62,491 nucleotides of DNA, filler included, from 4 parts of 4 records of this genome joined end to end with filler, not necessarily neighbours in it, one strand, 5' to 3'. Numbered from the whole stretch's first letter, positions 30,259-42,000 are shown. The notes: a model not told the origin generated them from the sequence alone. Translations and numbers: made by a program.

Positions 30259-31779
30259 ATGAAAAATATGATAACCGGTGACATTAAGTGTAAAATAAAT
30301 AAACTGTGGGAAGAATTTTGGACTGGTGGGATTACCAACCCGCTCACAGTAATTGAGCAGATTTCTTTTCTGATGTTTTCACGTCTTCTTGATGAGACGG
30401 AAAGGAAAAACGAGAAGAGGGCCAAGCGGACAAAAAAAGAGTTTAACCCTGTGTTCAAAGCGGATGAGCAGGAACTTCGCTGGTCAAATTATATCCATCT
30501 TGGCGCAAAGGAAATGCTGCCCCTTGTCAGGGATCGCGTATTCCCTCATTTTAAAAGTGCAGCTATGGATAACACGGCATTTGGGGAGTATATGAAGGAT
30601 GCCCAGTTAATGATCCAGAAGCCTTCGCTATTGGTATCTGCCGTCACCCTTATTGATGAACTCCCCCTGGACAGGGGCGATACAAAAGGGGATCTGTATG
30701 AATACCTGCTCGGTAAATTGACCACCGCCGGAATAAACGGACAGTTTCGGACCCCCCGTCATATCATCCGAATGATGGTTGAAATCCTTGATCCCAAACC
30801 GGATGAAACCGTTGTCGATCCGGCTTGCGGCACAGCAGGTTTTCTTATATCCGTGATGGAGTATCTCCTTGAAAAATATAGTTCGGAAGAAGCGGTCATC
30901 ATACATGATACCGGTGAAAAAACTTTTACTGGTGATAAGCTTGAAGCACATCAGTGGAAGCATATCACCCACGGCATGTTCCATGGTTTTGATTTTGATA
31001 TCACCATGCTTCGGATTTCTGTCATGAACCTTTTGCTTCATGGTATTGATTCGCCGACCATCCATTACCAGGATACCTTGAGCAATAACTTCCCTGAAAA
31101 ATTTCCTGAATATGCTGAAGATGGGTTTGACGTTATCCTGGCCAATCCTCCGTTTAAGGGGAGTTTGGATTATGAGGATGTTCATCCCTCACTTCTTTCA
31201 AAGGTAAAAACCAAGAAGACAGAACTTTTGTTTGTTACCTTGATTTTGAAAATGTTGAAACTGGGTGGGCGATCAGCCACCATTGTACCTGACGGTGTTC
31301 TTTTTGGATCGTCCAAAGCTCATGTGGCTCTTAGAAACGCTCTGGTTGAAGAAAATCAGCTGGAAGGCATCATTTCTTTGCCATCAGGTGTTTTTAAGCC
31401 TTATGCAGGAGTTTCTACTGCTATTTTAGTTTTTACCAAAGGTGGTAAAACTGATGATGTTTTTTACTATGATGTTACGGCCGATGGATTTTCTTTGGAT
31501 GACAAAAGAGTGAAGGTTGAAGAAAATGATATCGATGATGTGATTAATCGATGGAAAAATAAAAATTCTGAAAAGGATGTAGATAGAACAAAGCAATTCT
31601 TTTTTGTAACAAAAGATGAAATTAAGGCCAATAAGTATGACCTCTCCATCAATCGGTATAAAGAAATCGTCTATGAAGAAACCGAATATGACCCACCAAA
31701 GGAGATCCTTATCAGGATGAAGGAACTTGAAAAAGAAGTACTTGTAGACATAGATGATCTGGAGAGGATGTTGGGATGA
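30259..31779 (+). CDS. hsdM: Type I RM N6-adenine methyltransferase
   Basis: [35 protein letters not shown]. Confidence 0.95.
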   Translation: MKNMITGDIKCKINKLWEEFWTGGITNPLTVIEQISFLMFSRLLDETERKNEKRAKRTKKEFNPVFKADEQELRWSNYIHLGAKEMLPLVRDRVFPHFKSAAMDNTAFGEYMKDAQLMIQKPSLLVSAVTLIDELPLDRGDTKGDLYEYLLGKLTTAGINGQFRTPRHIIRMMVEILDPKPDETVVDPACGTAGFLISVMEYLLEKYSSEEAVIIHDTGEKTFTGDKLEAHQWKHITHGMFHGFDFDITMLRISVMNLLLHGIDSPTIHYQDTLSNNFPEKFPEYAEDGFDVILANPPFKGSLDYEDVHPSLLSKVKTKKTELLFVTLILKMLKLGGRSATIVPDGVLFGSSKAHVALRNALVEENQLEGIISLPSGVFKPYAGVSTAILVFTKGGKTDDVFYYDVTADGFSLDDKRVKVEENDIDDVINRWKNKNSEKDVDRTKQFFFVTKDEIKANKYDLSINRYKEIVYEETEYDPPKEILIRMKELEKEVLVDIDDLERMLG

Positions 31780-32948
31780 TTTACGAATCAATCGCCATAT
31801 CAGATTTTTGTAAAACGGGAAGCGGAGGAACGCCTTCTCGAAAAAATGTAGATTATTATAAGGGTACGATCCCATGGATAAAGTCGGGTGAATTGAAAGG
31901 TGACACTCTTTTTGATTCGGAAGAAAAAATTACAGAAGAAGCAATACAAAATTCCAGCGCCAAAATTATACCTAAAAATGCAATTTTAATGGCGATGTAT
32001 GGCGCTACAATTGGCCAAATGGCTATTTTAGGAATTGATGCTACCACTAACCAAGCCATATGTAATATCATCCCTGACAATAGGAAAGCCGATAATAGAT
32101 ATGTTTTTTATGCTCTTCAGAATGTAGTTCCTGAGTTACTGAATAGAAAAGTTGGTGGGGGGCAACCTAATATTAGTCAGGCAATCATAAAAGAGACAAA
32201 AATTCCACTGCCTCCAATAGAAACGCAGAAGCGTATTGTGCTAATTCTTGATAAAGCAAAGGAGATTCGACGCAAGCGAGCAAGAGCAATCGATATGATC
32301 GAGGAGTTTTTAAAGGCTGTTTTTTTAGATATGTTTGGAGATCCGGCTACTAATCCGAGAGGTTGGAAGGTTGGCACAATAAGGGATATCGTTTCTGAAG
32401 CAAAGTATGGAACTTCAAAAAAAGCAAGTGAGACTAAAAAGAAATTTTCAATACTCCGTATGAACAATATAACCTATCAAGGGCATTTGGATTTAAGATC
32501 GCTGAAATATATCGAATTGACTGAAAAAGAAGAAGACAAGTATCTTGCACGAAAAGGAGATCTTTTATTTAATCGAACCAATAGCAAAGAGTTAGTAGGG
32601 AAAACAGCAGTTTACAGTCGGTCTGAAGCTATGGCACTGGCCGGGTATCTTATTCGTGTCAGGCCGAATGAAAAAGGGAATTCATATTACCTTTCTGCAT
32701 ATCTGAATTCTAAACATGGGAAAGCTACACTATTAAATATGTGCAAAAGCATTGTTGGGATGGCGAACATTAATGCTCAGGAGCTTCAGGATATTAAAAT
32801 TTTGCTCCCCCCTGTTAAACTTCAGGAAAAATTTGCAAGGATTGTTCAAGATGTTGAATATAAAAAAAAGAGACTATCTTTAATGCTTGAGGAAAGTGAC
32901 TTTTTATTCCGGTCATTGACACAGAAGGCTTTCCGAGGAGAATTGTAA
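31776..32948 (+). CDS. hsdS: Type I RM specificity subunit
   Basis: Two TRDs, each followed by PLPPIETQ / LLPPVKLQ helical spacers; ends AFRGEL. Confidence 0.93.
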   Translation: MIYESIAISDFCKTGSGGTPSRKNVDYYKGTIPWIKSGELKGDTLFDSEEKITEEAIQNSSAKIIPKNAILMAMYGATIGQMAILGIDATTNQAICNIIPDNRKADNRYVFYALQNVVPELLNRKVGGGQPNISQAIIKETKIPLPPIETQKRIVLILDKAKEIRRKRARAIDMIEEFLKAVFLDMFGDPATNPRGWKVGTIRDIVSEAKYGTSKKASETKKKFSILRMNNITYQGHLDLRSLKYIELTEKEEDKYLARKGDLLFNRTNSKELVGKTAVYSRSEAMALAGYLIRVRPNEKGNSYYLSAYLNSKHGKATLLNMCKSIVGMANINAQELQDIKILLPPVKLQEKFARIVQDVEYKKKRLSLMLEESDFLFRSLTQKAFRGEL

Positions 32949-34607
32949 ATGAAGCTTACCGGTATGACTATAGAAAATTTTAAGGGAATTGGTCGCGCCG
33001 TTCATTTGGATCTAAAGCCCATCACATTATTGTTCGGCCCTAATAGCGCCGGGAAGAGTACTCTTGTACACGCCTTAAATTATGCATGCGAAATATTCGA
33101 GAGAGGGAATCTTGATCCAGGGCGAACTCTAAATGGGGGGAGTTCGTTGGATTTGGGTGGTTTTCGTAATCTCATTTATAACCATGATATACGTCAAGCA
33201 ATATCTTTTAAGTTCCACCTGGATTTAGACGGGGGGGATTTGCCGACATATGACATAAAAGATGAGGAAACAAATGAATTTATTGTGGGGCCAGACGAGT
33301 GGGAAGACTCTGAGTTTAAAAATATCCTTGAAAAGATTGAAACCGTTTGGGTTGCAGTAAAGATAAAATGGTCCGACTTTATAAAACGGCCTATACTGAG
33401 TTGTTATTCCGTCGGTATAAACGAAGAAGAATTCGCTATTATCAAAACTTCTGGAGATGGAAAGCAGGCTTTTTCAAAACTAAATGTTTTTCATTCCATT
33501 TTTTCAAATAAAGACGCTGCTGACGTTAAGGACGAACTTTTAAGTGGTTTAAATATAAATCAAGATCTACTTGATCAAGATGACGAAATATTTGGTCCTA
33601 TGTTTCAGTTGTTTATTAGGAACTTTGAAATTGAGGGCGCCAAGAGTGTAGGTAAATCCAAGGATATTGGTGTTGTTTGTCAATCTGAGTCTGCATTACC
33701 GGTTTGGGGGCAGGGGTTGAGTTTTAATCGTTCTCAGTTTGCAAGTGATGCTCATATTCTTGATCAAATGGCCTTCGCGGCAATAACCAGTGCATTAATT
33801 GTAGGGCCAGGGGAGATTCTACGAGATGTGCTGAGAAAATTTAAATATATAGGGCCGATCCGTGAAATTCCAAAACGGAATTTTCGACCTTCAATAACTA
33901 AGGATGAATCTCGTTGGGCAAATGGGCTAGCTGCATGGGATTTTTTGTATAAATCCGACCAGACATTTATTAATGAACTTAATAAATGGATAGCTAACGA
34001 TGATGGAATCAATATCGGGTATCGGGCTGAATTGAAGGAAACATATGAACTGGATGCAAATAGTCCTCTTATGAGGAGGCTTAAAAACGGTGAAATTATA
34101 GAAGAAGATTTAACTGAAAATGATTTCGATCGTTTATCTGTAAAAACTCAGTTTATATTGAAAGAGGAGGTTAGCCGTATTGAAGTTCATCCCCAGGACA
34201 TAGGCGTTGGGATCTCGCAGGTCCTTCCAGTAATCGTGGCCTCCCTTGCTTCTCGTGAGGGAATTATTGCAATGGAGCAACCGGAATTACATATCCATCC
34301 GGCGCTTCAAGTTGCTTTGGGGGATTTGTTCATTACACGGGCCAATGAAAATGATATCTGTTTCTTAATCGAAACCCATAGTGAGCATTTGATTTTGAGG
34401 TTATTGCGCCGCATACGCGAAACAACCGAGAATGAATTGCCTCCCGGTGCAGATGGGTTTACACCAGATCAATTATCTGTTTTGTACCTCGATAAAAAAG
34501 ATTCCGGCCTTGAAGTTTTAAAACTTGAAGTTGATGAGACTGGTGATTTTGAAACGGAGTGGCCCAAAGGTTTTTTTGAAGAAAGAGATGAGGAGCTGTT
34601 TTTTTAA
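32949..34607 (+). CDS. ABC/AAA_21-type ATPase with DUF3696-like C-terminus
   Basis: GPNSAGKS, DIGVGISQVLP, MEQPELHIHP, IETHSEH, WPKGFF. Confidence 0.85.
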   Translation: MKLTGMTIENFKGIGRAVHLDLKPITLLFGPNSAGKSTLVHALNYACEIFERGNLDPGRTLNGGSSLDLGGFRNLIYNHDIRQAISFKFHLDLDGGDLPTYDIKDEETNEFIVGPDEWEDSEFKNILEKIETVWVAVKIKWSDFIKRPILSCYSVGINEEEFAIIKTSGDGKQAFSKLNVFHSIFSNKDAADVKDELLSGLNINQDLLDQDDEIFGPMFQLFIRNFEIEGAKSVGKSKDIGVVCQSESALPVWGQGLSFNRSQFASDAHILDQMAFAAITSALIVGPGEILRDVLRKFKYIGPIREIPKRNFRPSITKDESRWANGLAAWDFLYKSDQTFINELNKWIANDDGINIGYRAELKETYELDANSPLMRRLKNGEIIEEDLTENDFDRLSVKTQFILKEEVSRIEVHPQDIGVGISQVLPVIVASLASREGIIAMEQPELHIHPALQVALGDLFITRANENDICFLIETHSEHLILRLLRRIRETTENELPPGADGFTPDQLSVLYLDKKDSGLEVLKLEVDETGDFETEWPKGFFEERDEELFF

Positions 34608-35488
34608 TGATCTATGAATATGCTGTTTCACCTGAGCTGTTTTCAAATGCATCTTTTATCCAAATACTCCAAAATACTTTCGGTCAGGAGGAAGGTCGAC
34701 TTTTTTCAGACATTCCTAAAAAGAAATGGCAGCAACAGGTATTTGAGGTTATCAGGAAATCTGAGAATAAACCTGTCATGCGAAAATCAATGTCCAATGC
34801 TGCAAAAAAGCTGTTTAAGAAGGCGATTTACAAACGTAACACCCATCCTGTCTATGATGACAGCATTGAATGGCTGCAATTTGTTATTGATGTTCATAAT
34901 GAAAGGCCTTTCAGAGCTATCATTGTAGATCAATATGACGGTGAGGAAGAGTATGTTCTGGTGAATGATCTGGGTTTGGCCGATCAGCCTTTATGGTCGG
35001 TGCCGAATGATGTCTCCGTGGATAGAAAGCATAAAGTAATGGTGCAGCAGATAAAGTGCATGCTGGATTGCGCCTCTGAAATTATTTTGGTTGACAGGAA
35101 TTTTAAACCGGACACACAGCGTTTTCAAAATGTGTTAGCAGAAATCATGTCGCTGCTTTCAGCAAGAGCTCACGGACCAAGAATTGGGAAGATTGTTTAT
35201 CATACAAGTGACATGGTAACTGTTGGCAAGTTAGAGGCTGATTGTTTAAGATGGATAAAAACAAGCATTCCACCTGGTATGAAGTTGGAGGTTGTCGTCT
35301 GGCCGAAAGAGAATCTGCATGATCGATTTGTTTTAACAAATATTGGTGGCGTTGTTTTTGGGCAAGGGCTTGATGAACAACTCGGATATGGCCCTGATAA
35401 AATTTTAATCACCCGTCTTTCTGATGACACCTATAAAGAATGGTGGTCTGCGTGTCGGAAAAAGACTGCTGATTTCACGATAAGTTGA
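34607..35488 (+). CDS. Hypothetical protein with PLD-like/MIT_C HDR motif, coupled to the ATPase
   Basis: TAATG overlap with the ATPase stop; IILVDRNF and LHDRFVLT...GQGLD. Confidence 0.55.
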   Translation: MIYEYAVSPELFSNASFIQILQNTFGQEEGRLFSDIPKKKWQQQVFEVIRKSENKPVMRKSMSNAAKKLFKKAIYKRNTHPVYDDSIEWLQFVIDVHNERPFRAIIVDQYDGEEEYVLVNDLGLADQPLWSVPNDVSVDRKHKVMVQQIKCMLDCASEIILVDRNFKPDTQRFQNVLAEIMSLLSARAHGPRIGKIVYHTSDMVTVGKLEADCLRWIKTSIPPGMKLEVVVWPKENLHDRFVLTNIGGVVFGQGLDEQLGYGPDKILITRLSDDTYKEWWSACRKKTADFTIS

Positions 35489-35659
35489 CCGTAGAAATTG
35501 GCATTGAATAAGAAAATTTATGTTTATATAAGAATCCTTATCTTTGTAACTGATACTCTTTAAAAAAATGAAAATTTTATAATTGGTGTTGTTCTTTATC
35601 TCTCTTATATTCAGCATGTTGTGGTTTTATATTCTCGTATCTTCTAAAATCTAAAAAAA

Positions 35660-35676
35660 TTGGCACACTCCTGGCA
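35660..35676 (+). promoter_or_regulatory. sigma54 -24/-12 promoter upstream of DUF2188 gene
   Basis: TTGGCACACTCCTGGCA gives GG-N10-GC; a weak IHF-like site lies at 35609-35621. Confidence 0.65.
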
Positions 35677-35720
35677 ATACTTCCTTTCAGTAAATAACTT
35701 ACGAAAGGAGGTGATTGGAA

Positions 35721-35942
35721 ATGGGCAAGAATCAGCACGTAGTTCCCCACGGAGATCAATGGGCCGTGACGGGTGAAGGAAACTCCAAGGCGACTTCTTT
35801 GCACGGCACCCAGCAGGAGGCCATTGATGCCGGAAGGCAGATTGCACAGAATCAGCAGAGCGAGCTTCTCATCCATGGCCAGAATGGTCAGATAAGAGAA
35901 AAAAACTCTTATGGCAACGACCCATTCCCGCCTAAAGGGTAG
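35721..35942 (+). CDS. DUF2188 family small protein
   Basis: QHVVPHGDQWAV..EG...TQQEAI...ELLIHG.NGQIRE.NSYGNDP; AAGGAGGTG SD. Confidence 0.88.
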   Translation: MGKNQHVVPHGDQWAVTGEGNSKATSLHGTQQEAIDAGRQIAQNQQSELLIHGQNGQIREKNSYGNDPFPPKG

Positions 35943-35948
35943 GAACGG

Positions 35949-35991
35949 AATACACCAAAGGGAGGCCTGAATTATCCCTTTGGTGTATTTT
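35949..35991 (+). terminator. Intrinsic terminator after DUF2188
   Basis: Perfect 15-bp stem AATACACCAAAGGGA / TCCCTTTGGTGTATT ending in a short T run. Confidence 0.75.
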
Positions 35992-36270
35992 CAACCGGTT
36001 GGCACAACAAGGCTGACTTGGAGGTTTTATAGCCTTTAATGCAGCGGTCAGATCACAGATGTAAATGTTCTGAGAAATGTTGACATAGGTGGTTTAACTT
36101 CATAGTATCCGCGGTGGTAAAAAGAAGGTTCGATGTCTGCATCCTCCCGCATTCTACAGCGGGTTCATGCCGAAGCCGTGGCATACGATCTAATGGTAAT
36201 TCTAATTTCTTTGAGGGTGTCTTTTTCAATCACATCAAATGAAATTTCATTCAAGTATAAAGGATTCAAA

Positions 36271-36939
36271 ATGAAAAAATTTGCTGCTAAAACAGCCCGG
36301 CCTATTCCTGTAATAATTCTTGCGGATACCAGCGGAAGCATGAGCGTTGATGGAAAGATTGACGCCATGAATCAGGCGCTCAGGGATCTCATTGACACCT
36401 TTTCAGGTGAAAGCCGGCTGAACGCAGAAATTCAATTGTCTGTCATTACATTCGGCGGAGATGGTGCAAAAGAGCACCTGTCCCTGACCAGTGCCCACTC
36501 TATTTCCGGGTTTTCAGATTTGCAGGCCCATGGAGCGACGCCCATGGGCAGTGCCTTTAGAATTGCCAAAGAGCTGATCGAAGATAAGGAAAAAATTCCT
36601 TCAAGGGCCTACCGCCCGGTGATTGTACTGGTGTCTGACGGTTATCCCAACGATGACTGGCAAAGTGCTTTTTCTGCACTCTGCGGCTCCGAGCGGGCAC
36701 AGAAAGCGACCCGGATGGCCATGGCCATCGGCAGTGATGCAGACGAGAACATGCTCAAAGATTTTATCAATGATCTTGAAACCCCTGTTTTCAGGGCCAA
36801 CGGAGCAAGGGATATCATTCGGTTTTTCCGGGCGGTGAGCATGAGTGTCACCAGCCGTTCGCGCAGCTCGGCTCCCAATGAGCCGATCCAGAGCGCATAT
36901 GAGGAAATTCCCGATGATGAATTGGATCTGGATTTCTAA
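36271..36939 (+). CDS. terY: TerY-like vWA domain protein (TerY-P triad)
   Basis: MIDAS motif DTSGSMS, GATPMG, LVSDGYPND. ATG 36271. Confidence 0.88.
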   Translation: MKKFAAKTARPIPVIILADTSGSMSVDGKIDAMNQALRDLIDTFSGESRLNAEIQLSVITFGGDGAKEHLSLTSAHSISGFSDLQAHGATPMGSAFRIAKELIEDKEKIPSRAYRPVIVLVSDGYPNDDWQSAFSALCGSERAQKATRMAMAIGSDADENMLKDFINDLETPVFRANGARDIIRFFRAVSMSVTSRSRSSAPNEPIQSAYEEIPDDELDLDF

Positions 36940-37632
36940 ATGGGAATACGGATTTTTTCTGCATCTGTAATGGGGGCAGGGCATATCGCTAACAATACCC
37001 CCAACCAGGATGCGGTGTTTACCCGGCAATGGGAACATGGCTGGCTGGCAGTGGTCAGTGACGGCATGGGGTCCCGGAAAAGATCGGATATCGGTTCTCA
37101 ATGCGTGTGCAGGGCTGCGTTTCATGTCTTGAAAAACGCTTCTTTCGATACGCCGGACCGGGATCTTGTCCTTGTGATTTATAAACGCTGGCTGGATGAG
37201 TTGGGCTCTGTCAAACCCAATGATGCCGTGGCCACCTGTTTGATTGCCTGGGGTCAGAATTCCGGGCAAACACGATTATTCCAGCTCGGTGACGGTGCCC
37301 TTATGTACCAGGCGCAGGAACATGTGCAACTGTCCTGCAGACAAGGTGCTGCTTTTTCCAATGAAACAACTGGGCTTGGGATCTCACGAAGATACAGTGA
37401 CTGGATCACCAAGGCTGTTTCCCTGGGGAAGAAAGGCCAGGGGCTGGCGCTGATGACGGATGGTATCAGTGAAGATCTGGTTCTGGCCGATCAATTTGTT
37501 CCTTATCTGATTCAGACAATGAAGAGAATGAGCCGCAGGCGAGCAAAAAAATGGCTCCGGACACAATTGGAAAATTGGCCGACGCCGGGACACACAGACG
37601 ATAAAACCTTAGCATTAATCTTTTGGAAATAA
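36940..37632 (+). CDS. PP2C-family phosphatase (TerY-P triad)
   Basis: GAGH...PNQDA, VVSDGMGS, LGDG, LMTDG, DDKT. Confidence 0.9.
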   Translation: MGIRIFSASVMGAGHIANNTPNQDAVFTRQWEHGWLAVVSDGMGSRKRSDIGSQCVCRAAFHVLKNASFDTPDRDLVLVIYKRWLDELGSVKPNDAVATCLIAWGQNSGQTRLFQLGDGALMYQAQEHVQLSCRQGAAFSNETTGLGISRRYSDWITKAVSLGKKGQGLALMTDGISEDLVLADQFVPYLIQTMKRMSRRRAKKWLRTQLENWPTPGHTDDKTLALIFWK

Positions 37633-37634
37633 AT

Positions 37635-39089
37635 ATGATACTTGCAACTGAAAACGCTGAAAATAAAGAGCCCCAAAAGAAAAAAACGGGAAACCGGAAG
37701 GTCCAGGATAGAAAAGGCACTGTCTATACTCTGACCGGCAAGGTAGGAGAAGGGGGACAGGGAATGGTTTGCTCCACAGATCTTCCCGGGGTGCTGATAA
37801 AAATTCAGACAGAGAAAAATCCATCAAAAAGGAAAGAATGGGAACGGCATATCAAATGGCTGATGCGCCAGGACTTTACCGGCTTGAAGATCGCCCGGCC
37901 TTTGGAGGTCGTTGCCCGGCCCCCAAGTGTAAACGGTTATATCATGGAACTGATGGACGGGCTTGAATCTTTGGAAAAATCCCTGGAGAGATCTTTCATT
38001 CAATTGTCAGAGAATGAAGATGAACCCCTCCAAGGCTATCAAAGTACCGGCGGCTTAAAACGAAGGCTTATGCTTTTGGCTGAGCTGGCCCGGACACTGG
38101 CAGGACTCCATGCTAAGGGGCTTGCCTATGGTGATCTGTCACCGGCAAATATTTTTGTTTCCCAGTCTGTAGAACATCACCAGCTCTGGCTCATCGACTG
38201 CGATAATATCTGCATCAGTGAGCGGGCAGGTCATGGAGATGTACATACCCTCGGATATGCTGCTCCGGAGATCGCCCGGGGGGAATCCGGAGTAAATATG
38301 TCTACGGACTGCTGGAGTTTTGCTGTGATTGCAATGAAGTTTCTTTCCCATACTCATCCTTTTGAATCCGGTATTGCTGTGGAGGATGGGGACCCTGATG
38401 TTGAGATGAAACGGGCTTTGGAAGGGGAATTGCCCTGGATATATGATGAAGATGATGAGAGTAATGAATGGGCCGGCTCCGGGCTGCCCCTTGATATTTT
38501 GACCACAAAACAGATCCGGGGATTGTTTAATCAGTGTTTTGGGCCTGGAAAAGATGATTTGTCAGCCCGTCCGTCAATGGCTGCATGGGCCGATGCCCTG
38601 GATGCCGCATGTGCCTTGATTCATGGATGCTGTAATCCTGACTGTGGGATATCCTTTATCTTTAATTCAGATCAAACATGCCCGTTTTGCGAGACCGTAC
38701 AACCCAAGCAGAATAGTGTGTTGCTGAAGCATTATCTTATTAATGATACTGGCAGCCCTGATGAGCCCCGCTGGATTAAGACCAATGAGGTTCAAGTAAT
38801 CAATGCCGGGCAACGCGTAGATTTTCATATCGGTGCTGTGGGCACAGCGCTTTACCGTGAATCCCCGAAGATTTGCACCCTTGAGCTGGGTCAAGACGGT
38901 CTGATTATAAAACCCACAAAGCATGGGCTTCTCTCTCTTCAAAAGACTGGGGATAAAAAACTTCTTCAAATTAAAAGACAGCATACTTTGAAATCGGATA
39001 CCCGTTCGGGTAATGCCTTTGGCCTCCATTTGCGCATGGAGGATCATTCCGGTTTTCTTTCTCACCCTGTCTGGACATTCATCTGGTAG
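37635..39089 (+). CDS. Ser/Thr kinase with Zn ribbon (TerY-P triad)
   Basis: GEGGQG, YGDLSPANIF, LIDCDN, GYAAPE, DCWSFAV; C.NPDC...CPFC. Confidence 0.9.
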   Translation: MILATENAENKEPQKKKTGNRKVQDRKGTVYTLTGKVGEGGQGMVCSTDLPGVLIKIQTEKNPSKRKEWERHIKWLMRQDFTGLKIARPLEVVARPPSVNGYIMELMDGLESLEKSLERSFIQLSENEDEPLQGYQSTGGLKRRLMLLAELARTLAGLHAKGLAYGDLSPANIFVSQSVEHHQLWLIDCDNICISERAGHGDVHTLGYAAPEIARGESGVNMSTDCWSFAVIAMKFLSHTHPFESGIAVEDGDPDVEMKRALEGELPWIYDEDDESNEWAGSGLPLDILTTKQIRGLFNQCFGPGKDDLSARPSMAAWADALDAACALIHGCCNPDCGISFIFNSDQTCPFCETVQPKQNSVLLKHYLINDTGSPDEPRWIKTNEVQVINAGQRVDFHIGAVGTALYRESPKICTLELGQDGLIIKPTKHGLLSLQKTGDKKLLQIKRQHTLKSDTRSGNAFGLHLRMEDHSGFLSHPVWTFIW

Positions 39090-39097
39090 GGGGGCTT

Positions 39098-42000
39098 ATG
39101 AAACTTGGAAAATTTATTGGCTTGTCGAAACAGACTGTCCGTCTGAAAGATTTGGGTGGGGAGCCCATTGAAAAAGATGTCTGGAATATTGGGGAAGAGG
39201 TAACTCTCATAGAGGATTCCGGTAATTTTTACCTCCAACAGGGCGATGTGATTGCATCGGTCACACCTGCCGAAGCCAGCCAGAATTTGTCTTTAAAACT
39301 GGGCCGGGATCAGGCGCTCTGGTCGCTTACCTCGATTCGGAAAGATCAGTTTTTTGTCCGGAGTGTGGATATCTCGGATTCGCCCATCATAATTAACCTT
39401 GATATTGGCGTCAGTGATGCAATTGCACGGCAGCTTTACGGATCATCTCAAATAAAAGAGGACTCCATAGATGCCGCCCGGCGCTGGCTTGAAGACGAGT
39501 TTATCCTGGAAGGCAGTGAACAGCCCCGTGTTTTTGTTTCTTCATATGCCGGCAATAGAACAGATGCCCTCGAGATCCGCGGCCGTGAATGGGTCGCTTC
39601 ATTAAGTGAAATTGACCATTATTGGCAGATGAGTGGATTGACTCGGCGTCGGCACAGCAATGCCGGCCTGCAGGTCTTTCAGGGTGACATACGGTTTGTT
39701 GACGTCTCGGTGGCCGGCCAGTTGACCAATCCTGTTCATCGCCATGCCTTGGATGAAGCGATCCGCAGTCATGGTGGGTACATGGATCTGTGGGAAAAAT
39801 ACAGCAACATGGAGTGGGAATTCAGCTTGAATGACGCCCGACAGCTTGGAGCATTGAGATTTAAACTGGTTGAAAAGGGACGTAACTCTGACGAATGGGA
39901 GTTCTTGGTGGAACCTGCTGCCGGAAAAGATTTTTCCACAAAGCTGCATGAATTAAAGAAACAGGGATCCGGCAACGCCGGCAGCGGGTTACTGGAAGTC
40001 ATGCCATACATTCCGGATTGGTTGGATGGCAGTAAAAGCATTGAAGACACCGGATTGGGGGGGGATAAAGGTAAACCCTGGCTATGCGAATGGGTAAAGA
40101 TAGATAATGATATTGTCACCCTTCGAATAGATGCTCAGCGGTATAAAAATCCGTGTAAAAAAGGCATTATCTGCATGTCCATGCATGGGAACAGGAAGAT
40201 AAGGGAAAGGCGGCATCAGGCGATTACGAGTATTCGACAGCGCAGTAATCCCATGCCACAGCTTCATTATCTGCTTGAAGGGGTGGCGACACCATTTGAA
40301 GGGCCAAAAAAGCTTCGAAGATTAAGTGCCGCGGCTCGTAAAACCTTTAAAGGCGAACCGACCCCCAAACAGTTTCGAGCCATAAAAATTGCTTTTGAGA
40401 CCCCGGATGTGGCTATTATTATTGGCCCGCCAGGCACGGGCAAAACCCAGGTGATCACTGCATTACAAAAGGAACAGGCCCTGGCCATGAAAGGGGTGGA
40501 CATACAGCACCAGGTCCTTCTTTCAAGTTTCCAGCATGATGCCGTGGACAATGTTACAGCCAGGACCCGGGTGTTTGGGCTACCGGCCATAAAAATCGGG
40601 GGCAAAAATCGAAAAAATGGAGAACAGGACACCGATCCCATCGAAGATTGGTGCAAAGAAAAATCTGATATTCTGTCCGTCAGCCTGCAGGAAAAAATAG
40701 ACCGGGAACCGGTTTTCGGCGTACTCAAAGAATTAAAAAAAGAGATGACTACTCTGCGGGTGACCCGGCCGGATTATTCTGAGAAAAATGAACTTTTGTC
40801 CCGGATAAAAAAGTGCCTTGAAGAATTGTCTGCGTTTCAAATCCGCCTGTCTCCGGAGGTGGATCAATCCTGGAATGATTTTCTACTTGAACACCATAGT
40901 GATTCAGACCGCGAACAGGCCGGCCAGGGAGAAGAAAGGCTGGTTAAACGGGTTCTGGCCTTGAGAACAACACGGGTTGCCTTTCTGGATGACGGACCGG
41001 AACAATGTCTGCGTCTGCTTGATTGGGCTCAACGCGGGAACGCAATAATTGAATCTTCTGAATTGGACCTTTTGAATCATTGTTCCCGGGAATCGTCTGT
41101 AAGTGATACCCAGCTTAAAAAGCTTGGTAAACTTAAAGCAGCAATGCTGGACCGTTTGACCCCTGATTATCGGCCCCGGCATATCCGGACGGTTCTACCA
41201 AAGGAAGCCTGTGAGATGTTGGATTCTATTCAGGAGGAGATTGAACAGCAGATTAAAAGTTCCCGTAACCTTGGTTACTTGCTTGTGCTTGACGATTATC
41301 TTAAGACCTTAAATACGTCTCCTAACGCAATTAAAAGAGCCGCTTTGGAATACACCAGCGTTTTAGGTGCGACCTGTCAGCAGGCAGCTTCCCGTAGGAT
41401 AACTGATTTAAAGGATGTTGAGCATCAGAGCTCTATCAGTTTTGACACTGTGATTGTGGATGAGGCGGCCAGGGCCAATCCTTTGGACCTGATGGTGCCC
41501 ATGGCCATGGCAAAACGCCGTATTGTCCTGGTTGGGGATCATCGCCAGTTGCCCCATTTGCTGGAGCCTAAAGTGGAAGATGAACTGGCAGAAAAATTTG
41601 AATTTGAAACGACACAGCTGAAAATGCTCAAGATCAGCCTGTTTCAAAGGATGATGGAAATTTTAAAGGAGATGGAAGCAAAGCCGAATCAGCCAAAACG
41701 TGTGGTGATGCTGGATAAACAATTTCGTATGCATTCTGTTTTGGGACGGTTTGTCAGCAGATTGTTTTATGAGCCTTATGGACTTTCGGAAGTACAGCCG
41801 GGGTTTGATGATGATTCAAGATTTGCTCATAAGGTGCCTGGATATGAAGGAAAGGTCTGCGGCTGGATTGATATACCCGGAAGGGAAGGCAAGCATCACC
41901 GGAGAAACGGCAGTTTGGTTCGGGATGTTGAAGCTTTCCGGATTGCAAAAGAAGCTCGGACAATCATGGACGCCTGTCCAGATTTGAGTGTGGGTGTCAT

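Noticed and set aside
35999-36014. Fourth sigma54 promoter before terY (TTGGCACAACAAGGCT)
   Set aside because: Spacing is GG-N9-GC; sigma54 requires N10.
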